A DNA stretch of 64,000 bases, taken from IMG/VR virus record IMGVR_UViG_3300020037_004820; one strand, given 5' to 3'. Shown piece after piece: positions 19,408-28,228 of the stretch. Position 1 is the stretch's first letter; the number at the start of each line of letters is the position of its first letter. A program made the translations under genes and the position numbers. Origin of the DNA: a virus (taxonomy: Duplodnaviria > Caudoviricetes). The notes beneath the pieces were generated by a model. That model did not search any database, was not told where the DNA came from, and saw nothing but the letters and a program-made list of their open reading frames with translations.

Positions 19408-19415
19408 CTATTTAG
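19408..19415 (+). promoter_or_regulatory. Putative late promoter carried with the LAGLIDADG gene
   Basis: CTATTTAG, 3 nt, then the ATG at 19419, with no RBS. Same spacing as at 7100. Confidence 0.5.
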
Positions 19416-19418
19416 TGT

Positions 19419-20279
19419 ATGAAAATTAGTAAAGAACAACATGCATCTATTATAAAAGAGCTAGAAACGAAATCTCAAAAAAGTGTTGCACAATTATATG
19501 AAGTCTCTCAAACAACTATAGGAAATATAGCTAGAAAATACAATATTCAAAGAGATATAGCTAGACTGAATACTTGTAGAAGAAAGTGTGATTTTGATTA
19601 CTTTAAGACAATAGATTCAAAAGAGAAGGCATATTGGTTAGGATTTATATGCGCGGATGGATGTATTCTACAAAATTATACTAAAGTAACGTTACAAGTA
19701 AAAGATAAAGAAATAATAGATAAATTCAAAATAGCAATAAAGTCAGATCATCCTGTTTCTTTTTATAATAAAATGGACAAAAGAACAGGTAAACAATATG
19801 ATAGATATGTTTTATCTATTAATGGTAAAGAATTTAGACAAAACTTAATAAACGCGGGTATATCTTATGATAAAACAGATAATCTAAATATTCCAAATAT
19901 AGATGAGAAATATTATTCATATTTCTTTGCAGGATTATTCGATGGAGACGGTTCTGTTAGCAATACTGGTAAAGTATATACTAAAAATGGGAAAAAAAGT
20001 TGGAAATATAAATGCAGAATTAGTTTAATAAGTACAAAAGAAGTTTTAGAGCATTTAATTCTATATATACAAAATAAGTTAGGTGTAAAGGAACTAAAAC
20101 TAACTAAAGTTACAAAAAATAAAGCAAATGTATGGAAAATGCATTTATATAAAGAGGCTAGTATTTTTCTTGATTGGATATATCAAGATTCGACATTTTC
20201 TTATTTACAAAGAAAATACATAAAATATCTAGATATAAAAAAAGGAGAAAATTTATTATGTCAAATCAAATCAAGATGA
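19419..20279 (+). mobile_element. Free-standing LAGLIDADG homing endonuclease with an N-terminal HTH
   Basis: YFKTIDSKEKAYWLGFICADGC and FFAGLFDGDGSV motifs, C-terminal YLQRKY, and HTH VAQLYEVSQTTIGNI. Confidence 0.92.
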
Positions 20280-21655
20280 TCTGCATGGACCTCGATGGTG
20301 TATTAGTTGATGCAAGAGATATACATTATATTGCTTTAAATAAAGCATTAGAAGATGTAGATGAAAAATATATAATTTCTAAAGAAGAACATCTCTCTAC
20401 ATTTGACGGACGATCAACTTCTGTTAAACTTAGAATGCTAACAGAGTTAAAAGGATTACCTTCTATTTGTTATCAAGAAATTTGGGAAAAGAAACAATTA
20501 TATACTATAGAAGAAATTGAAAAATTTGAGCCAGATTATAGACTTGGACATATTTTAGAACAACTAACTTTAGAAGGATATACATTAGTTGTAGCATCTA
20601 ATTCTATTCGTCCTAATGTTTTAAAAATGTTAGAGAAGAAAGATATTCTTAAATATTTTACTTATTATTTTTCTAATCAAGATGTTGATCAACCTAAGCC
20701 TCATTGTGAAATGTATCTAAGAGCTATGTTAGCTTGTGGTGTAGGACCTAAAGAAACTCTTATTTTAGAAGATTCTCATATAGGAAGATTAGCTGCTTTA
20801 AACTCTGGGGCTTATTTATGTCCTATTATTGATCCACATGATGTAACTTATGAAAAGATAAAATCTTATTTAACATTTCATTCTACTAATTTACAACCAA
20901 AATGGCAGGGAGGCTCTATGAATGTAGTTATACCGATGGCAGGAAAAGGTTCAAGATTTGCACAAGTTGGGTATACTTTTCCTAAACCTCTTATTCCAGT
21001 AAATAAAATGAACGGTAAACCTATGATACAGGTTGCAGTTGAAAATATAAACACAGAAGCTAGATTTATATATATTGTTCAAAAAGAACATTATGAGAAG
21101 TATAATTTGAAGACTTTGTTAAATTTGATTACCCCAAATTGTGAAATTATTCAAGTAGATGGAGTTACCGAAGGTGCTGCATGTACTGTATTGTTAGCAG
21201 AGCAATTTATCAATAATGATTCTCAATTGTTTATTGCAAATTCTGATCAATTTGTTGAGTGGGATTCTAATCAATTTTTCTATTCTATGCAGGGGGATTC
21301 GGTTGACGCAGGATTGGCAACATTTGAAAGTTCTCATCCGAAGTGGTCATTCGCAAAACTTGATAATAATGGATTTGTATCAGAAGTTGCGGAGAAGAAT
21401 CCAATTAGCAATCTAGCTTCTGTCGGTTTCTATTGGTATAAACATGGCAAAGATTTTGTCAGTGGCGCAAAAAAAATGATTATTAATGATAGACGAGTTA
21501 ATAATGAATTTTATGTTTGTCCTGTTTTGAATGAACTTATCAATGAAGGAAAGAAAGTAAAAGTTCATAATGTTGAACGAATGTGGTCATTAGGGACGCC
21601 AGAAGATTTGGTTTATTTTGAGGAAAATTATGAAAACAACCATTATAGCACATAG
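20258..21655 (+). CDS. Fused HAD phosphatase / sugar nucleotidyltransferase
   Basis: N-terminal DLDGVL, ASNS, PKP and EDS HAD motifs. C-terminal VIPMAGKGSRF...PKPLI, ANSDQ, EVAEK and LGTPEDL. AAGGAG RBS before the ATG at 20258. Confidence 0.9.
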   Translation: MSNQIKMICMDLDGVLVDARDIHYIALNKALEDVDEKYIISKEEHLSTFDGRSTSVKLRMLTELKGLPSICYQEIWEKKQLYTIEEIEKFEPDYRLGHILEQLTLEGYTLVVASNSIRPNVLKMLEKKDILKYFTYYFSNQDVDQPKPHCEMYLRAMLACGVGPKETLILEDSHIGRLAALNSGAYLCPIIDPHDVTYEKIKSYLTFHSTNLQPKWQGGSMNVVIPMAGKGSRFAQVGYTFPKPLIPVNKMNGKPMIQVAVENINTEARFIYIVQKEHYEKYNLKTLLNLITPNCEIIQVDGVTEGAACTVLLAEQFINNDSQLFIANSDQFVEWDSNQFFYSMQGDSVDAGLATFESSHPKWSFAKLDNNGFVSEVAEKNPISNLASVGFYWYKHGKDFVSGAKKMIINDRRVNNEFYVCPVLNELINEGKKVKVHNVERMWSLGTPEDLVYFEENYENNHYST

Positions 21656-22145
21656 AGCAAATCTGTACGGACCAAATCCAAATACAGAAAACACATTAGA
21701 AGCCATTCAGGATTGTATTAAACGTGATATAGACATGGAATTGGATATATGGCATAAAGATGGAAAATTCTTTTTAGGACATGATGAACCTAGATTAGAA
21801 TTTGATCCTTTTACTTATAATTTTAGAGAAGTATATGTATGGTTTCATTGTAAAACAATTGAAACATTAGATAAACTATTAACTGTACAATTTTATAGAT
21901 CGCAAAATTATAGTAATCAATATGCTGTGTTTTTTCATGATAAAGATGCTACAACTTTGACTTCTGAAAATAATTTTTGGACATATCCTGGAAAAGATTT
22001 ATTTAAAAAGTCTATAGCTGTAATGCCTGAATATGTATCTAAAGAGTATGAGCAATATACAAAAGAATTGTTTTTGAATAATATGATTGCTGGTGTATGT
22101 ACTGATTACCCTCTCGAATGGGTACAGTTACGAAAGGAAAAATAA
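21630..22145 (+). CDS. Glycerophosphodiester phosphodiesterase (PLC-like) protein
   Basis: IIAHRAN, ENT, ELDIW, LGHD, WFHCK and GVCTDY motifs. Confidence 0.8.
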   Translation: MKTTIIAHRANLYGPNPNTENTLEAIQDCIKRDIDMELDIWHKDGKFFLGHDEPRLEFDPFTYNFREVYVWFHCKTIETLDKLLTVQFYRSQNYSNQYAVFFHDKDATTLTSENNFWTYPGKDLFKKSIAVMPEYVSKEYEQYTKELFLNNMIAGVCTDYPLEWVQLRKEK

Positions 22146-22146
22146 T

Positions 22147-22440
22147 ATGAATGAACTAGAAATGGTAGAAGAAGGATGCGGATCAGATGAGCAAGGAAGT
22201 AAAGAATGGGTACTTACTTTAAGTGAACAAGCACAATTGTGTGTAGTTGAATTATTTCAAAAAGCATTAGTTACCATGAAGGATGTTTCTGATATTTTAG
22301 CTAATTTAACTTTTAAAGTAGATTCTCTAAATCATGAATTAGTTGTAATAAATCCTGAAACTTGTAGGCTAACTCCTGATGATCTATTGGATGCAGAGTT
22401 AGAAGTTGTTGGGAAGAAAGAATTTAAAAATAAAGCATGA
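22147..22440 (+). CDS. Hypothetical protein
   Basis: ORF with an AAGGA RBS, coupled to its neighbours. Confidence 0.6.
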   Translation: MNELEMVEEGCGSDEQGSKEWVLTLSEQAQLCVVELFQKALVTMKDVSDILANLTFKVDSLNHELVVINPETCRLTPDDLLDAELEVVGKKEFKNKA

Positions 22441-22682
22441 TAAAAAAGAATATACAATGTGTAGATTGTGAAAAATTTAGTTCCATATTCATAAAATATG
22501 GAGATGAAATGAATTGTGCACATTGTAATAGTGCAAATGTTAAAGTAATTTATAAACCATTAAAATTTGATAATAAGGTTGATATAAATACTTCAACCGG
22601 AGAGCTTTCTCAAGAATATATAGATGAAAACAAATTTGTTCTTGAAGAAATGAAAAAGGAAAAAATGCTATGGAATTCTTAG
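22437..22682 (+). CDS. Small zinc-ribbon protein (FmdB-like)
   Basis: CVDC...CAHC.S..V motif. ATGA overlap. Confidence 0.6.
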   Translation: MIKKNIQCVDCEKFSSIFIKYGDEMNCAHCNSANVKVIYKPLKFDNKVDINTSTGELSQEYIDENKFVLEEMKKEKMLWNS

Positions 22683-22960
22683 TTTTAGTTGTTGTTATTC
22701 TTAGTATATTAAGTTTAGTTTTATTTTTCTGGTGCCGTAATTTAGTTTCAAAACTAAAAATTGTAGCAGAGAAAAGAGTTGATGATATTAATATTTTAAA
22801 TGAATACTATTCAAAATTGACGTATATAACAGATGATGAAATGTGGTCGGGAGATCCATCTTTTCGGGCAATAAAGAGCCATACAGATTTACTTATAAAG
22901 TATTTTCAGGATGATGAAGTATATCGTGCTATTGGATTCCTATATGAAGCAAAAAACTAA
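22670..22960 (+). CDS. Hypothetical membrane-anchored protein
   Basis: N-terminal hydrophobic stretch FLVLVVVILSILSLVLFFW. Confidence 0.6.
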   Translation: MEFLVLVVVILSILSLVLFFWCRNLVSKLKIVAEKRVDDINILNEYYSKLTYITDDEMWSGDPSFRAIKSHTDLLIKYFQDDEVYRAIGFLYEAKN

Positions 22961-23630
22961 GAAAAATTTCTATTTTACAGAAGATACCGAAGCAGCTATT
23001 TTAGAATATGTTCGTTCTACAGATTCAAAAGAAAAGAATGAAATATTTAAAAATAGAATGAACAAAACTTTTAAAGAACTTATAGATAACGTTGTTCAAG
23101 TCTACAAGCTAGGAAAATTACCTAATATTGCTCTTCTAAAAGAAGATTGCTTATTATATTTAATCAGTGTGTTACATAAATTTGATCAAAGTAGAGAATC
23201 TGCTGCTTTTACATATTTCACTGTAGTAACTAAACATTGGTTTTTCTTTCAACATAAAAAATTCAATAAACAAAAGATTGAAGAATGTAACATAGATGAT
23301 GTACATACTATCGAAGAAGTAGAAAATATAGCATCGTTTAATGATTACGAATTTCTAAGAGAATCTGCGGAATTTAGATATAGTTTTTTGAAAGAATTGA
23401 ATGAATATAAAACTAAATTTTCTGAAAATGATAAAACTTTAAAAGTAATATATGCGCTTATTTATATATATGAACATATAGATGATATAGATTGGTTGAG
23501 CAAAAAAGGTGTATACGTCTATTTAAGAGAGATATCAGGATTGGAAACAAAAGAGATATCTTCTTGTATAAAAAAATTAGCTCCTTTTGTTAAAAATTTT
23601 ACAAAAAGATGGAATAATGGCGAAATATGA
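22944..23630 (+). CDS. T4 gp55-like late-transcription sigma factor
   Basis: YFTEDTEAAILEY...DCLLYLISVLHKFDQSRESAAFTYFTVV matches the sigma region-2 KFD...AF.YF pattern of gp55-like proteins. Confidence 0.65.
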   Translation: MKQKTKKNFYFTEDTEAAILEYVRSTDSKEKNEIFKNRMNKTFKELIDNVVQVYKLGKLPNIALLKEDCLLYLISVLHKFDQSRESAAFTYFTVVTKHWFFFQHKKFNKQKIEECNIDDVHTIEEVENIASFNDYEFLRESAEFRYSFLKELNEYKTKFSENDKTLKVIYALIYIYEHIDDIDWLSKKGVYVYLREISGLETKEISSCIKKLAPFVKNFTKRWNNGEI

Positions 23631-23938
23631 AACAGAGTTCTTTACGTAAAAAAATTCTTCTAAATATAGAAGAAGATAGACAGAAAGCAAAAGAATTTGC
23701 AGAACATATAACTAATTTTATCACAAATACCTCTGGTATTTCTGGTGAAGAATATTCTAAAATTATGATATCTGCTGCAAAGTTAATGGAAGTTAGCTCT
23801 AAAGCTAATGATCAAGTTGTAAAAGTGTTTGAAACTGTTAATAAATATAAACCAAAGAAAGTTACAACATCTCAAGAATTATCACAAGAAGAAGTTCAAC
23901 AAATCTTAAGTGGAGAGAATGAGACTGTGGAGATTTAA
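23627..23938 (+). CDS. Helical hypothetical protein (weakly small-terminase-like)
   Basis: 103 aa, two long predicted helices. ATGA overlap with the sigma gene. Confidence 0.45.
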   Translation: MKQSSLRKKILLNIEEDRQKAKEFAEHITNFITNTSGISGEEYSKIMISAAKLMEVSSKANDQVVKVFETVNKYKPKKVTTSQELSQEEVQQILSGENETVEI

Positions 23939-23942
23939 ATGA

Positions 23943-25403
23943 ATGCCAGACTCTTCTGGAAAATTACAAGGAACTCTAAATGCGGAAAAAAATATTCCGC
24001 ATGGAGCATTTAACGCACTTGCTACATTGAGAAATCCTAAAAAACAAATAATGGATTTCTCAAATTATGATCCCATCACTACTCTAAGAGAAGAACTTAC
24101 TAAAAAATATACTCCTGATGTATTTGATGCAAAAGCAGAGTGGAATGCTATTGTATTGAAGCAACTAAATCCAGAAGATCAATTTACTGGTATAGATCCT
24201 ATATTTGCCGCTTTATCTGTTTTGCTAAGTGATCCAGCAGATGCTGCTAAAAAAGATGTTGTGAAGTTTATAGGAAGAATTCCCGAACTTCATGGATGTT
24301 TATTATTACCAGAAGGCCCAGAAGATGTTTTAGCTTTATCAATGTATCCTGTATTCGAAGGCGCCAAATCTTTAGGACCAGTTTCAGAAGGAGATGTTGT
24401 AAGAGTAACATTTGATAATTTAAATAACTTTTCTGGTCCTAAATATATAGGACCTTTAACTTCCCCAAGTGCTGTAGTAGGTTTAGGAACAGCAGATACA
24501 ACCAGTCCTCGACAAGCATTTGTAAATAATGTAAGAGCTAGTCAATCCTCTGTACCGGCTATTTCTAATGTAAATAACAATCCAAACAGAGTAGGGCACG
24601 CTGCTAATAGAGGATTCCCTAAACAACAAATAGCAATAGAAGACGCAATATCAAAATTTCCACATTCTCTTTATGATAGAGCGAGAGCCAGAGGGTTTAA
24701 TACAGATCTGGTTCCTGTTGCAAATATAACAGTAGAACAGCATGTAAATGTATATGTTTCCGTTGCAGTTGCGGAAGTAATAGAGCAATACTGGAGACAA
24801 CAGTTTCCTGATGCTACTGTTATGATAATTTTTAATACAAGAAATAGATCAGAAAGAGATAGAGAAAATTCTCATGGAATAGGCGCAGCTATTGATTTTG
24901 TAGTACATCATGGCAACACTACTATACCAGTTTTGCAAACATGGACTGCTCTTACCCGCTTAGGTAAAGCAGGACGTATACCTTTAGGCGGAAGAGGTGT
25001 CTATTTAAATACCTCTGAAAATGGTATAAAAGGTGTTCTGCCTGAAGAATGTGGAGAAGCTTCTCCGGGTCAAGGAAAATCTAAAGATCAACTTCCTCAA
25101 GGTGGATCGGCAGGTATTCATTATGATTGGAGAGATGCATTTGGAAATCAAAGAGGTCCAAGAGGTGGAAAACCTAATACTTGGATTTCTACGGATATTG
25201 ATGGGGATGGACATGATGAGTATGAATTAGGACAACCTAATTCAACATTAGGTACAAGTGATACATATGTTTATACATATTTAGAAAGCGTTTTACCAAA
25301 TGTGCTAAAATATTGGAAACAACAGGGAAGTCAAGATAATACTTTACCTGAAGTTGGAACAACTGTATTTAATGTTTTACAAATATTGGAACTAGAACAA
25401 TGA
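23943..25403 (+). CDS. Baseplate hub (gp5 OB-fold-like) protein with an M15-type Zn peptidase domain
   Basis: GDVVRVTFDNLNNFSGPKYIG OB-fold-like segment. SHGIGAAIDF and GIHYDWR supply His-Asp-His zinc ligands. Lies upstream of the spike and gp25 genes. Confidence 0.65.
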   Translation: MPDSSGKLQGTLNAEKNIPHGAFNALATLRNPKKQIMDFSNYDPITTLREELTKKYTPDVFDAKAEWNAIVLKQLNPEDQFTGIDPIFAALSVLLSDPADAAKKDVVKFIGRIPELHGCLLLPEGPEDVLALSMYPVFEGAKSLGPVSEGDVVRVTFDNLNNFSGPKYIGPLTSPSAVVGLGTADTTSPRQAFVNNVRASQSSVPAISNVNNNPNRVGHAANRGFPKQQIAIEDAISKFPHSLYDRARARGFNTDLVPVANITVEQHVNVYVSVAVAEVIEQYWRQQFPDATVMIIFNTRNRSERDRENSHGIGAAIDFVVHHGNTTIPVLQTWTALTRLGKAGRIPLGGRGVYLNTSENGIKGVLPEECGEASPGQGKSKDQLPQGGSAGIHYDWRDAFGNQRGPRGGKPNTWISTDIDGDGHDEYELGQPNSTLGTSDTYVYTYLESVLPNVLKYWKQQGSQDNTLPEVGTTVFNVLQILELEQ

Positions 25404-26257
25404 GCGATACACGTTATAATAAATTAGAAAAAGAAGTAATAAATGGAATAGGAAATACTCCTTTAAATGAAATTATTCCAAATTATAATGAAGCATCTTC
25501 TGAGCATATTATTCAAGGAAAAAATAATGCTTATATAGTTTTAGGAAGAGATCGTCCATCAGATATATTTTCCGGTTATGGCGGACGTGGAGCTATAAAA
25601 GCAGGCTCAATTGATATAGTAACCGGAAGAGTTTCAGCTATTATAAAAACTATAGATGATCGAGGAAATAAAGTTTACACAAATCCAAGTATGGAATATG
25701 ATGCATCTAGAATTCTTGTATCACAAAGAACAGATGTAGATACAAATTTTTATTTACCAGGAAAATCTGTTATAAATAAAGCAGCAATTGCTATAAAATC
25801 AGATAATGTACGTATAATTGCTAGAGAAACTATAAAACTTGTAACAAATATAGATAAATTTGATTCTAATGGAGAATTGAAGATACAAATGGGAGGAGTT
25901 GAATTATATGCTACAGACGGAAAACAACTTCAACCAATGGTTAAAGGCGAAAATTTATCAGAAGTTATAAGAGATATATATGATAAAATAGGAACAAATA
26001 CGTCAGAGTTAGCTAATATTTACAGACTACTATTAACTTTATGTAACGGTTTAGCAGGGCATGTGCATCCTACAGGAATAGGTCCAACAGCGCCCTCTAT
26101 AGAAGTTGCTGCGGTATCTTCTGTTTTAGGAGCAGAAGCTTCTATGCATACAATTTCAAATCAAATGCAGCATGCTAATTTGCAAATAGCTAAAATAAAC
26201 TATTTGACTCCCGGATCAGTCAAATATATAAATAGTTTATATCATAAGTTGGATTAA
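25400..26257 (+). CDS. Baseplate central spike (gp5 C-terminal-like)
   Basis: AIAIKSDNVRIIARETIKL beta-helix-like segment, QPMVKGE, and an apex HxH motif (GHVHPTGIGPTAP). Confidence 0.7.
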   Translation: MSDTRYNKLEKEVINGIGNTPLNEIIPNYNEASSEHIIQGKNNAYIVLGRDRPSDIFSGYGGRGAIKAGSIDIVTGRVSAIIKTIDDRGNKVYTNPSMEYDASRILVSQRTDVDTNFYLPGKSVINKAAIAIKSDNVRIIARETIKLVTNIDKFDSNGELKIQMGGVELYATDGKQLQPMVKGENLSEVIRDIYDKIGTNTSELANIYRLLLTLCNGLAGHVHPTGIGPTAPSIEVAAVSSVLGAEASMHTISNQMQHANLQIAKINYLTPGSVKYINSLYHKLD

Positions 26258-26260
26258 ACA

Positions 26261-28228
26261 ATGACAAATCCTTTTGTAACAGAACGAGCAAATTACGATC
26301 TTTCTCTATTAGAAAGAGAATATAGAAAGCGTCCAGAAAATGTTTGGATTCAACAAAATTTACCTAAAACTCAATGTATAAATGTACAAGTAGATAATGC
26401 TAAAACATTTTCGGATTTAGGGACATTTTTGGGTACATTTGATTTATCTTTATTAGCACAATTATCTGCTTTTAAAGCTATGTCTGTTTCCCCAGCAAAT
26501 TTCACAGATTTTTTAGGATATCTAGACCAAACAATTTCTTATTTTTCTTGTATATTTTCTGCAAATTTGGATACAATCAACAATAAAAGTCCATCAGATA
26601 AATCATTTGATTGGGGAGCATTTGCTTTAACTATTTCTTTTGATTTTCTAAAGGCATACGGTATAGGATTGTTCAAGTTATTAGAAAGAATAGCTGTAGA
26701 AATTATTAAAAAAGTATTTCTTGAAATATTAGATATAGTTGATTGTAACAAAATAAATAAATGCATAGTACCTTGTGAACCTAATCAAAATCCTTATCAA
26801 AAATTGTTCGTTAAACCATTAATAAAAGAAAGTACAAATACTGGAATATTTTTTGCACAGAAAGTTATAGATGGTAAATTTTCTGAAAAAGGTTTTGATA
26901 TAAATGGGACAGACATAAAAGATTATTCTAATAAAGTTATATCTAGATTAATGCCTGATGAATTAGAATGTTTACTAAAAGGATTTAAATCTACGGCAGT
27001 ATATCAATTTCTTATAGATTTATTTAAAGATCATACAGGACATGATGTTACAACAGGGGATATTGATACTTTATTTCAAGACATTGCGGTTGTTGTTGAT
27101 TTAGTTCCTTATACACCAGTTGGAATAGAAAATAATCCCTGTGGTTTAATTTCTATGGAAGCTGTAGCTAGAATGAGATTGCGTCAACAAGGTTTGTCTG
27201 AACAACAAATAACTGATAGAATGAATCTTGTTATTCAAGAAAGTCAAGGAAAGTTACAAACTATTACAGATTTTCTAAGAAATTTACCGTCTTCACCGCC
27301 AGATTTAGATAATGTTAATATATTAGACGAAAACGGTAACACGATAGCAAATGGAAATGCGCCAATAGTTTCAGCAGTGATAAACACAAGTTTAGATTTG
27401 ATATTCAATTCTATTGGGTACAATCAACAAGCTGTACAATCTATATTAGACACCATTTTAGTCCATCCATTAGGCGAAATATGCCTAGCGTATTATTGGA
27501 CAAATTGGGGCTCCGCAGGAGAGGCAGCTATACCTAGAAGTCTACCAATTGACCAATTTGAAGAAGGCAATTCTATAGATGAAATTATCTCACAAGAGAC
27601 TGTCACGTTAGGCGATTACTCTTTGACTAATCCATTAAGTAATTCGACCTTTAGCGCTTTGTTAGCTAAAATAAATCAACAAATTAATAAAAATGATTTC
27701 AATTTGATAAGTTTTGTATTAGATTCTTTAGTAGTTGGAGGATCTGAACGTTTCTATGACAAATATAATTTGCAAACAAAAGCTAAATTTAAAGGATACT
27801 CTATAAATTATGAAGAAAATGGCGATATAAATATAACATCAAATAATGTTAAAAAATTCTCTATTAAACATAGTTACTTTACAGATATAGAAAACAATGT
27901 TGTAACTAATATTGTATATGAAGATATAGATGTTAATTATTTGTCTTTAGTCAACAGAAATGATATTTCTGAGGTATTGCGTACATATAATAGTCCCAAA
28001 CTATTTTCTGAAAATATAACTGTTTTGGAAAATGAACCAGAACGTATTTTTAAAGATATATACGATAATATATTTAGTTATATGGAACAGTCTATGTCTA
28101 CAGAATTTTTCTTTCAAGAATTTTTTAGGTTACCTGGAGATTCTTTACATAAAGAAGATTTTTCAAAAATTGATTATTTTAACGTAGAAGAAATAATCCA
28201 AAATATAAAGGAAAAAATAAATGCGTGA
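26261..28228 (+). CDS. Hypothetical protein, probably structural
   Basis: 655-aa ORF inside the baseplate operon. Confidence 0.6.
   Translation: MTNPFVTERANYDLSLLEREYRKRPENVWIQQNLPKTQCINVQVDNAKTFSDLGTFLGTFDLSLLAQLSAFKAMSVSPANFTDFLGYLDQTISYFSCIFSANLDTINNKSPSDKSFDWGAFALTISFDFLKAYGIGLFKLLERIAVEIIKKVFLEILDIVDCNKINKCIVPCEPNQNPYQKLFVKPLIKESTNTGIFFAQKVIDGKFSEKGFDINGTDIKDYSNKVISRLMPDELECLLKGFKSTAVYQFLIDLFKDHTGHDVTTGDIDTLFQDIAVVVDLVPYTPVGIENNPCGLISMEAVARMRLRQQGLSEQQITDRMNLVIQESQGKLQTITDFLRNLPSSPPDLDNVNILDENGNTIANGNAPIVSAVINTSLDLIFNSIGYNQQAVQSILDTILVHPLGEICLAYYWTNWGSAGEAAIPRSLPIDQFEEGNSIDEIISQETVTLGDYSLTNPLSNSTFSALLAKINQQINKNDFNLISFVLDSLVVGGSERFYDKYNLQTKAKFKGYSINYEENGDINITSNNVKKFSIKHSYFTDIENNVVTNIVYEDIDVNYLSLVNRNDISEVLRTYNSPKLFSENITVLENEPERIFKDIYDNIFSYMEQSMSTEFFFQEFFRLPGDSLHKEDFSKIDYFNVEEIIQNIKEKINA

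Noticed and set aside
7111-20279. Group I introns or inteins housing the endonucleases
   Set aside because: There is no room for ribozyme core sequence around the ORFs and no intein splice-junction motifs. The host genes are complete without splicing.
11665-22145. Glycan cluster as a DNA hypermodification system
   Set aside because: No base hydroxymethylase, thymidylate-synthase homolog or recognisable DNA glucosyltransferase is present, and the context is morphogenetic. Not excluded, but less supported than protein glycosylation.
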